Below are positions 54,038 to 64,000 of a stretch of DNA of 64,000 nt, piece after piece. Position 1 is the stretch's first letter, and every line of letters begins with the position of its first letter. Position numbers and translations under genes: made by a program. This DNA comes from Macrostomum lignano (Eukaryota), in contig NIVC01000850.1 in NCBI GenBank assembly GCA_002269645.1, positions 335,904-399,903 on the forward strand. Reading direction: 5' to 3'. The notes beneath the pieces are model-generated. The model had not been told where the DNA came from, made no database searches, and worked only from the letters and a program-made list of their open reading frames with translations.

Positions 54038-54995
54038 TTACAACCAGCAGCAGAAGCAGGAGCAGAGTGGACCAGCTACGGAGCCCAACTCACCGGCAGC
54101 AGCCAGGGCCCGACCCTCAGACTGCTCAAAGCCGAGCAGCAGGACTCGAGCCCAGTCTCTACCGCAGAACTGCATCAGCCAGCACCGCGTCCTCACTAAT
54201 TCGGCTAACGCTACTGCTTCTGGAAGCAGCAATGACAGCCACTGCCCGGCTCTGGCGAAGAGCTGCACCCCGAACGGGTCTCCGTCAGCTTCGCCACCGT
54301 CGCCCAAGTCGGCGGCTCCCAGATGGCCGCCCGTCGGCTTGGCGATTCAGCAGGAGACCACCGACTGCGGCAGAGTGCACTCCGCCTGCCGGCCAGCAGC
54401 GTCGGGCGGCGGCATCTCCCCAGACTCCGTTGCCTCATCGGAATGGACAGCGGCCAGACTGACCCGAAGCTCATCGACATTCGCCGGTCTATTTGTCGGC
54501 GTCGGCGGTCGGCAGTGCGCCGCGGCGGTGGCGGCTCTGGCGGCGGACTACGCCGCGGCCGAGTTGGCTTCGAATTCGCCGATTGAAGCTCGCGACGCTC
54601 GGAGAAGTCTGCTCAGACAGTTCGACTGGAGCGACAACGAGGACTGCTGCAGTAATAGTCACAGTCCGGGCGAAGACGCTGCTGCCGTCGATGGCAACGC
54701 AGACGTCCCGGCGGTGTCCCTGCGGCGGCCCGGCAGCGGCCAGTTCGTGCCCGAGGACCTGGTCTCCATGGCTAAGGCCGACTGGCTGACCGAGAGGCTG
54801 CTGCGGGCGGCAAATTCCCAGCCCGACGCCGATTGCACAACTGCGGACCGACTGTGCCAGGCCATGATCAGACTGGATGCCGATCTGTGCGGCGCGGCTG
54901 GGCAGTCGGCCTGGACTCTGCGGGCAGCCACCACGGGTGCCGTGGGATCCGCCTGTCTGATCTCTGGCGACGGGAGCCGGTGCTGCTTGATGCAG
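54038..54995 (+). CDS. PDP: PP2C / pyruvate dehydrogenase phosphatase-like protein, N-terminal half (5' boundary uncertain)
   Basis: Frame open 53994-55007. ELASNSPIEAR, LLRQFD, AVSL, QAMIRLDADL and LRAATTGAVG align by eye with PDP motifs QLPANAPIEDR, LGVFDGH, AVSL, NAFKRLDNDI and LRVAFSGATA. Donor CAG|GTAAAG at 54996. Confidence 0.8.
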
Positions 54996-55246
54996 GTAAA
55001 GATTTGACTAGATTGGCTGAGTAAAGTTATTAAACACTACATATCGGTAGATAGAAATCTTTTATGCATTTAAAAATTGTTGAAATAAAAAAATCTCATT
55101 ATAAAACTTACTATCGCTACATATCGGTAGATAGTAGTTATTTTACTTATTTGACAACTACCAGATTATAAATATCATCATAGAAAGTTATTTACCCAAA
55201 ATATCGGCAGATTTGAGAAAAATGATACGAAATTGAACAATTTCAG

Positions 55247-55885
55247 ATCGGCAACAGCGCTGCCGTGATTGGCTCTCGAAGTGCCCCCATTGCCGCTGCC
55301 TCCGACGCCGAAGATGGCACTGACAGCGTCAACAATGTCCAGACGGCCTGGCGATGGCGGCAGCCGCTCGCCCAGCAGACCATTGAGAATGGTCGGGAAG
55401 TTCGACGAGTTCTGGCCGAGCACCCGGCATCCGAGCGCGGCTCCGTGTTCGCCGGCAACCGCCTCCTCGGCCGCATGGAGGCGCTCAGAGCCTTCGGCCT
55501 GGTGCAGTTGAAGTGGCCGAAGGAGCGCCTGAACTCTTGGACTTCTTGGCCAGCCGGCCAGTCGCCACCGAGCTGCGAGACGCCGCCCTACCTGACCGCC
55601 AGACCGGAAGTGATCGAGGTGGGCATCGACCCGGCCGCCGACCGCTTTATCATCCTGGGAAGCCCCGGCCTGTGGGACCGGCTGTCTCCCCAGCAGGCGG
55701 TGGCCTGCGTTGGCGGCCAGCTGTTGGCGGCGCAGTCCCAGGGTTCGAATCCTAGCGGAGAAAATCTTGCGGCCACTTTGGTGCAGCTGGCCGAGAGCTG
55801 CGGGCACAGGGACTCGGCGGCCGGCTTTAACGAGGCCGACTGGGAGAACGAGGAGGTGTCCGCCTGTATCGTGCTGCTGCACTGA
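55247..55885 (+). CDS. PDP: PP2C / PDP-like protein, C-terminal exon, catalytic aspartates substituted
   Basis: Acceptor TTTCAG| (phase 0); IGNSAAVIG, EVRRVLAEHP, RLLGRMEALRAFG, KW, TPPYLTARPEV and FIILGSPGLWD match the PDP family pattern; TGA at 55883-55885. Confidence 0.88.
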   Translation: MGNSAAVIGSRSAPIAAASDAEDGTDSVNNVQTAWRWRQPLAQQTIENGREVRRVLAEHPASERGSVFAGNRLLGRMEALRAFGLVQLKWPKERLNSWTSWPAGQSPPSCETPPYLTARPEVIEVGIDPAADRFIILGSPGLWDRLSPQQAVACVGGQLLAAQSQGSNPSGENLAATLVQLAESCGHRDSAAGFNEADWENEEVSACIVLLH

Positions 55886-55922
55886 CTGACTGTGCAACCC
55901 TGACCTCAGCTGGCTCGGTGTT

Positions 55923-56156
<234 letters not shown>

Positions 56157-57114
56157 CCTTGCTGTATAAAGCATTCTGTTTCACCGTCTGTTTGCCTGTA
56201 AATCAAGCCAATGCAGGCAGCCTGTTTCATTCTGTGTCCTCAGTCAAGTGCTTGTCGTATCTTACGTTGGAATTTCTGAGCGTCTTGAACTGCATGCAAG
56301 CCCAGAGCTACCTCAGAAATCAATGATGAAGCTCCCTTACCAGTCTCACACTCAAACCCAGTCAGTTCATTCATGGAGGCCCTAATTTTATTGCTCATGT
56401 TGTATTATTAATAGTCATGTCGCCATTATTTTCAGTTCATTCACTGCACCGTAACTTTTCCAGTCTTGTACACACTTCGACTTCGACTTGTTGCTCATTC
56501 ATCAAGTCTGCCTGGTTGTTAAAAGAAATTTATTGATCTATTTTTTCCATTCTACGCCCGCTGCACCAACCTAGATTTTTCGCAATCATTGTAAATAATA
56601 AATTTGATTTTCTGATCTTCTGTACATTTTTCCGTATGGAAGCATTCAATGCTAAATCAGACTTGAAATTCTGTCTTACAGAAAGTGCAATGTGCTCAAA
56701 CTATTAATGATAAGCGCGCACAAACACGCATGGGTATACACAATCACAATTATTGAAAAATATATATTATTGAACGATGGGAATTATTTTGTAAAAATAA
56801 AATATCGATTTTATAAATCGAATGCTGTTTATTTTATTTATTTCGTTGTATAATTGAAAGCTTTCTGTGACTGTATTGTATAACTTGTGAGAAAGAGACA
56901 GCAGATGGAGTTGAGAGGCTGGACACACTGACAAAAAGCTAAGGCAGTTGAAGCGTTTACGAGCGGTACAGATGAGGCATGTTCGCAGCCAAGTGTTTCC
57001 AGAGAGTCTGGGAGAGTACACGTACGCAAGGAGTTGTGCAAATAAACTTACTTTTGAACAATACATATATTATTGAAAATAATAACTATGTATGCTTCGT
57101 ACTCTACAGTCACA

Positions 57115-58015
57115 AGGCAGCGGAGAAGAGAGTAGAGAAAGAGCAGAGAGGGGAGCGGAGAAGGGAGAAGAGAAGTGTTTGGAAAAGGAAGCGGAGTAGA
57201 GCGCGGATGAGGAAGAGAAGGCAGCGGAGGAGAGAGCGGAGAAGGGAGAAGAGAAGGGGCGGAGGAGAGAGCGGAGGAGAGAGCGGAGGAGAGAGCGGAG
57301 GAGAGAGCGGAGAAGGCAGCGGAGGAGAGAGCGGAGAAGGGAGAAGAGAAGGGGCGGAGGAGAGAGCGGAGGAGAGAGCGGAGGAGAGAGCGGAGAAGGG
57401 AGAGAGAGAGGGGGCGGAGAGAGAGCGGACGAGAGAGCGGAGAAGGGAGAAGAGAAGGGGCGGAGAAGAGAGCGGAGGAGAGAACGAAGAAGAGAAAAGA
57501 GAAGGCAGCGGACGAGAGAGCGGAGAAGGGAAAAGAGAAGGCAGCGGACGAGAGAGCGGAGAAGGGAGAAGAGAAGGGGCGGAGGAGAGAGCGGAGGAGA
57601 GAGCGGAGGAGAGAGCGGAGGAGAGAGCGGAGAAGGCAGCGGAGGAGAGAGCGGAGAAGGGAGAAGAGAAGGGGCGGAGGAGAGAGCGGAGGAGAGAGCG
57701 GAGGAGAGAGCGGAGAAGGGAGAAGAGAAGGGGGCGGAGAAGAGAGCGGACGAGAGAGCGGAGAAGGGAAAAGAGAAGGGGCGGAGGAGAGAGCGGAGGA
57801 GAGAGCGGAGAAGGGAAAAGAGAAGGGGCGGAGGAGAGAGCGGAGGAGAGAGCGGAGAAGGGAGAAGAGAAGGGGGCGGAGAAGAGAGCGGACGAGAGAG
57901 CGGAGAAGGGAAAAGAGAAGGGGCGGAGGACAGAGCGGAGGAGAGAGCGGAGAAGGGAAAAGAGAAGGGGGCGGAGGACAGAGCGGAGGAGAGAGCGGAG
58001 AAGGGAAAAGAGAAA
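57115..58015. repeat. Purine-rich ~12-bp array GAGAGAGCGGAG with AAGGG variants
   Basis: Read directly. Confidence 0.92.
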
Positions 58016-58574
58016 GGGTCATTAGTGAATGAGTGCAGAGCTAGGTGCACTGACACAGGACAAGAGCAAATACCTGTAAAACTAATCACACGGCTAAGCA
58101 CAGACAGAACGCAAGAAGCAGGTACAATCAGCTCATTAGTAAAGTGACGCAGTTCGCAAGTGTCACGTGGTCGATTCTGTTAAGTAATTGGCGCACAATG
58201 CACTAAGAAAATTTTCTAATCTCACTCTAGTACATATCCCTATATATAGATAAAAGATAAAATAATTATTAGTAAGACAATTACCAAGTTATCAGACGCC
58301 TCGCTCTATACTGTAAAACGCATTTTAATCAGTCTTTCTGAATAGAAAAAAATCTGTAGCTTGTATAACTAATTCTTTAAATTATGTACACTGGTTTGTG
58401 TGTGTGCCGGGGCGTGTCTTTTGCGACTATGGTAATTCTACGGTAACTATGGTAACTACGGTAACTATGGTAACATGGTAACGTTTTTAAAAGCAAAAGC
58501 TAAAAGTTGTATAACGAGTGAATAAAGTTGCTCATCCTTAACTGGCTGGCGCTATTTCATGGATTGCGCTACTT

Positions 58575-60875
58575 CATGGATGATGCTATTTGGTGTGGCG
58601 CTATTTAGTGTGGTGCTATTTAGTGTGGTGCTATTTAGTGTGGCTCTATTTAGTGTGGCGCTATTTAGTGTGCGCTATTTAGTGTGGCGCTATTTAGTGT
58701 GGCGCTATTTAGTGTGGCGCTATTTAATGTGGCGCTATTTAGTGTGGCGCTATTTAGTGTGGCGCTATTTCATAGATGGTGCTATTTAGTGTGGTGCTAT
58801 TTAGTGTGGTGCTATTTAGTGTGGCGCTATTTAGTGTGGCGCTATTTAGTGTGGCGCTATTTCATAGATGGCGCTATTTAGTGTCGCGCTATTTAGTGTC
58901 GCGCTATTTAGTGTGGCGCTATTTAATGTGGCGCTATTTAGTGTGGCGCTATTTAGTGTGGCGCTATTTAGTGTGGCGCTATTTCATAGATGGCGCTATT
59001 TAGTGTGGTGCTATTTAGTGTGGTGCTATTTAGTGTGGAGCTATTTCATAGATGGCGCTATTTAGTGTGGCGCTATTTAGTGTGGCGCTATTTAGTGTGG
59101 CGCTATTTCATAGATGGCGCTATTTAGTGTGGCGCTATTTAGTGTCGCGCTATTTAGTGTGGCGCTATTTAATGTGGCGCTATTTAGTGTGGCGCTATTT
59201 AGTGTGGCGCTATTTAGTGTGGCGCTATTTCATAGATGGCGCTATTTAGTGTGGTGCTATTTAGTGTGGTGCTATTTAGTGTGGCTCTATTTAGTGTGGT
59301 GCTATTTAGTGTGGCGCTATTTAGTGTGGCTCTATTTAGTGTGGCGCTATTTAGTGTGGCGCTATTTAGTGTGGCGCTATTTAGTGTGGTGCTATTTAGT
59401 GTGGTGCTATTTCATAGATGGTGCTATTTAGTGTGGTGCTATTTCATAGATGGCGCTATTTAGTGTGGTGCTATTTCATAGATGGCGCTATTTAGTGTGG
59501 TGCTATTTAGTGTGGCGCTATTTAGTGTGGCGCTATTTCATAGATGGCGCTATTTAGTGTGGCGCTATTTAGTGTCGCGCTATTTAGTGTGGCGCTATTT
59601 AATGTGGCGCTATTTAGTGTGGCGCTATTTAGTGTGGCGCTATTTAGTGTGGCGCTATTTCATAGATGCGCGCTATTTAGTGTGGTGCTATTTAGTGTGG
59701 TGCTATTTAGTGTGGCTCTATTTAGTGTGTGCTATTTAGTGTGGCGCTATTTAGTGTGGCTCTATTTAGTGTGGCGCTATTTAGTGTGGCGCTATTTAGT
59801 GTGCCGCTATTTAGTGTGGTGCTATTTAGTGTGGTTGCTATTTCATAGATGGTGCTATTTAGTGTGGTGCTATTTCATAGATGGCGCTATTTAGTGTGGT
59901 GCTATTTAGTGTGGTGCTATTTAGTGTGGCGCTATTCGGTGTGGCGCTATTTAGTGTCGCGCTATTTAGAGTGGCGCTATTTAGTGTGGCGCTATTTAGT
60001 GTGGTGCTATTTAGTGTGGTGCTATTTCATAGATGGCGCTATTTAGTGTGGTGCTATTTAGGTGGCGCTATTTAGTGTGGCGCTATTCGGATGGCGCTAT
60101 TTAGTGTTGCTCTATTTAGTGTGGCGCTATTTAGTGTGGCGCTATTCGGTGTTGCGCTATTTAGTGTTGCTCTATTTAGTGTGGCGCTATTTAGTGTGCG
60201 CGCTATTCGGTGTGGCGCTATTTAGTGTTGCTCTATTTAGTGTGGCGCTATTTAGTGTGGCGCTATTTAGTGTGGCGCTATTTAGTGTTGCTCTATTTAG
60301 TGTGGCGCTATTTAGTGTGGTGCTATTTAGTGTGGCGCTATTCGGTTGTGGCGCTATTTAGTGTCGCGCTATTTAGTGTGGAGCTATTTCATAGATGGTG
60401 TTATTTAGTGTGGTGCTATTTAGTGTGACCGTCTATTTAGTGTGTGCTATTTAGTGTGGTGCTATTCGGTGTGGCGCTATTTAGTGTCGCGCTATTTAGT
60501 GTGGCGCTATTTAGTGTGGCGCTATTTAGTGTGGGCGCTATTTAGTTGTGGCGCTATTTAGTGCTGGCGCTTTCGGTGTGGCGCTATTTAGTGTTGCTCT
60601 ATTTAGTGTGGCGCTATTTAGTGTGGCGTATTCGGTGTGGCCGCTTATTTGAAAGTGTTGCTCTATTTAGTGTGGCGCTATTTAGTGTGGCGCGCTATTC
60701 GGTGTGGCGCTATTTAGTGTTGCTCTATTTAGTGTGGCGCTATTTAGTGTGCGCGCTATTTAGTGTGGCGCTATTTAGTGTGGTGCTATTTAGTGTGGCG
60801 CTATTTAGTGTCGCTCTATTTAGTGTGCGCGCTATTTAGTGTGGCGCTATTTAGTGTGGCGCTATTTAGTGTGGC
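58575..60875. repeat. 15-bp minisatellite GGCGCTATTTAGTGT with a recurrent 17-bp variant GGCGCTATTTCATAGAT
   Basis: Period 15; ~150 copies. Confidence 0.96.
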
Positions 60876-60921
60876 GAATACGTACAAGTACTCAACGGCT
60901 AATCACGGGGGATTTATTACG

Positions 60922-61258
60922 CTACTTTTCACACCAGCGTCGCTTCGCTGAACTCCACCTGTGGTCCCGCCGCTGTCCACAGCTGGTTTCCGCGTCCGAG
61001 GACCAGCTAAATGAAACTTTTTTATTGGCAATGGGCTCGAGCGAAGTGTACGCTAGCCGGCTTGGCGATTCAGGGTCACCTCCTCTTTCTGGAGATGCGG
61101 TTGCTGCACTGGAGGCTGCGGAGGCTGCAGCGCGTGGCTGTTGGGACTCCAAGCTCGGTGCCAATTGAAGCATTGCGAAACTGTTGAAGAGGGGCCTGAG
61201 CCTCCGCAAGCGACCGAATCTGCGGCTCTCTGCATTGCATCGCTTGCTCCCGCGGGCT
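60922..61258 (-). CDS. Possible terminal coding exon of an unidentified gene
   Basis: GC-rich non-repetitive island between two arrays; open minus frame with A/S/R-rich tail and KKVSF; candidate acceptor CCAAACTCAG|. No family recognised. Confidence 0.3.
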
Positions 61259-61269
61259 CTGAGTTTGGC

Positions 61270-62280
61270 TAGAATGGGATTTTGAGCGTGACAGAATGGG
61301 ATCTGAAGTGGATCTGAGGTGACAGAATGGGATCTGAGGTGACAGAATGGGATCTGAGGTGACAGAATGGGATCTGAGGTGACAGAATGGGCATCTGAGG
61401 TGACAGAATGGGATCTGAAGTGACAGAATGGGATCTGAAGCTGACAGAATGAAATCTGAGGTGACAGAATGGGTTTTGAGGTCACAGAATGGAATTTGAG
61501 GTGACAGAATTGGATCTGAAGTGACAGAATGGGATTTAGGGTGACAGAATGGAATTTGAGGTGACAGAATGGAATTTGAGGTGACAGAATGGGATTTGAG
61601 GTGACAGAATGGGTTTTGAGGTGACAGAATGGGTTTTGAGGTGACAGAATGGAATTTGAGGTGACAGAATGGGATTTGAGGTGACAGAATGGGATTTGAG
61701 GTGACAGAATGGGTTTTGAGGTGACAGAATGGGATCTGAAGTGACAGAATTGGATCTGAAGTGACAGAATGGGATTTAGGGTGACAGAATGGAATTTGAG
61801 GTGACAGAATGGAATTTGAGGTGACAGAATGGGATTTGAGGTGACAGAATGGGATTTGAGGTGACAGAATGGGTTTGAGGTGACAGAATGGGATCTGAGG
61901 TGACAGAATGGGTTTTGAGGTGACAGAATGGGATCTGAGGTGACAGAATCGGATCTGAGGTGACAGAATGGGATTTAGGGTGACAGAATGGAATTTGAGG
62001 TGACAGAATGGAATTTGAGGTGACAGAATGGGATTTGAGGTGACAGAATGGGATTTGAGGTGACAGAATGGGTTTTGAGGTGACAGAATGGGATCTGAGG
62101 TGACAGAATCGGATCTGAGGTGACAGAATGGGATCTGAAGTGACAGAATGGGATCTGAGGTGACAGAATGGGATTTGAGGTGACAGAATGGGTTCTGAGG
62201 TGACAGAATGGGATCTGAGGTGACAGAATGGGATCTGAGGTGACAGAATGGGATCTGAGGTGACAGAATGGGTTTTGATG
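61270..62280. repeat. 20-bp minisatellite GTGACAGAATGGGATCTGAG, ~50 copies
   Basis: Period 20. Confidence 0.95.
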
Positions 62281-62659
62281 TGACTTATCTGTCCCAATTT
62301 TCTGTCACACACCGCACCCCAGTCTCTCCAACCTCTACCGCACTCTCAATGCTATGCAGACTGGAAGCATTGTAGACCCCCATCATGCATCAAGCGCGTG
62401 CACGCTTCACATCAGTCGGAGCTAAAAATAGAAACAGCGCGTGCCTAGATGTGCGTGGATCAATAATGAAAATTGTATTCTCATGCCAAGGTAACACGCA
62501 TACGCCCGTATTTGCTCCAGAGTACAGGCGGCTGAGGGCTACAGTTGCTCGCTCGAGCACGTGGTGGGTGATGCCAGTTTGCCAGCACTAAGTTTTTTGC
62601 ATTGTAAATTTGCCAAGCATAGGTTTAGCCCATGGTTTTGCATCTACTGCCTTCTCGCT

Positions 62660-63830
62660 GCCTTCTTCGCTCTCTTCTCCGCTCTCTTCTCCGCACTCTT
62701 CTCCGCTCTCTTCTCCGCTCTCTTCTCCGCTCTCTTCTCCGCTCTCTTCTCCGCACTCTTCTCCGCACTCTTCTCTTCTCTCTTCTCCGCTCTCTTCTCC
62801 GCTCTCTTCTCCGCTCTCTTCTCCGCTCTCTTCTCCGCTCTCTTCTCCTCACTCTTCTCCCTTCTCCGCACTCTTCTCCGCTCTCTTCTCCGCTCTCTTC
62901 TCCGCTCTCTTCTCCGCTCTCTTCTCCGCTCTCTTCTCCTCACTCTTCTCCTTCTTTGCTCTCTTCTCCGCACTCTTCTCTGCACTCTTCTCTGCTCTCT
63001 TCTCCGCTCTCTTCTCCGCACTCTTCTCCGCTCTCTTCTCCGCTCTCTTCTCCACTCTCTTCTCCTCACTCTTCTCCCTTCTCCGCTCTCTTCTCCGCTC
63101 TCTTCTCCGCTCTCTTCTCCGCTCTCTTCTCCTCACTCTTCTCCCTTCTCCGCTCTCTTCTCCGCTCTCTTCTCCGCTCTCTTCTCCGCACTCTTCTCCC
63201 TTCTCCGCTCTCTTCTCCGCACTCTTCTCCCTTCTCCGCTCTCTTCTCCGCACTCTTCTCCCTTCTCCGCTCTCTTCTCCGCTCTCTTCTCCGCTCTCTT
63301 CTCCACACTCTTCTCCCTTCTCCGCTCTCTTCTCCGCACTCTTCTCCTCACTCTTCTCCCTTCTCCGCTTTCTTCTCCGCACTCTTCTCCTTCTCCGCTC
63401 TCTTCTCCGCACTCTTCTCCTCACTCTTCTCCCTTCTCCGCTCTCTTCTCCGCTCTCTTCTCCGCACTCTTCTCTGCTCTCTTCTCCCTTCTCCGCTCTC
63501 TTCTCCGCACTCTTCTCCGCACTCTTCTCCGCTCTCTTCTCCGCACTCTTCTCCCTTCTCTGCTCTCTTCTCCGCTCTCTTCTCCGCTCTCTTCTCCTCA
63601 CTCTTCTCCCTTCTCCGCTCTCTTCTCCGCTCTCTTCTCCGCTCTCTTCTCCGCACTCTTCTCCGCTCTCTCTCCGCTCCCTTCTCCGCTCTCTTCTCCG
63701 CTCTCTTCTCCGCTCTCTTCTCCGCTCTTCTTTCCGCTCTCTTCTCCGCTCTCTTCTCCGCTCTCTTCTCCGCTCTCTTCTCCGCTCTCTTCTCCGCTGC
63801 CTTTTCCGCTTCTTTCCAAACCCCAGTCCG
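62660..63830. repeat. Pyrimidine-rich 12-bp array CTCTTCTCCGCT
   Basis: Read directly. Confidence 0.94.
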
Positions 63831-64000
63831 CTCTCTTCTCCATCAGTTCTCAATAAGCACCCATTTCTTATCGCACTTTCTCACAGTGCAGAAACTTTTC
63901 AAGTGCAATTTCGAAATCAGTGAGTGTTTTATCGCTGCGCTGCCAAGAATCACGTTGCTAAAATAGCTTCTGTATGAGTTCACTATTGACAAAGTCTTTT

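Noticed and set aside
62290-62660. Possible further minus-strand exon between arrays
   Set aside because: Candidate splice sites exist, but the phase could not be reconciled with 61258 and there is no recognisable protein.

Overview
This is eukaryotic (animal) genomic DNA, not prokaryotic: GC-rich exons, GT-AG introns, no operons, no CRISPR. The style (GC-rich exons, poly-Q/G tracts, weak polypyrimidine tracts, very repeat-dense introns) suggests a free-living flatworm such as Macrostomum, but that assignment is inference only. Two spliced genes can be built by hand on the + strand. (1) A 7-exon, ~1193-aa delta-type protocadherin (18040-44996) with signal peptide, 7 cadherin repeats, a TM helix and a CM1-like cytoplasmic motif. 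(2) A ~547-aa PP2C-family protein most like pyruvate dehydrogenase phosphatase (50830-55885) that has lost most metal-binding aspartates, so a probable pseudophosphatase; its 5' end rests on two predicted micro-exons. A possible orphan terminal exon lies on the - strand (60922-61258). About 40 unrelated micro/minisatellite arrays (units 2-60 bp, roughly 28 kb or ~44% of the window by hand estimate) fill the introns almost up to the splice sites. In several cases the arrays on either side of an exon share a core motif or are reverse complements. Also present: two copies of a tRNA-derived CORE-type SINE, a hAT-like MITE and an internally deleted Tc1 element. Almost all long ORFs in the supplied track are repeat artefacts.
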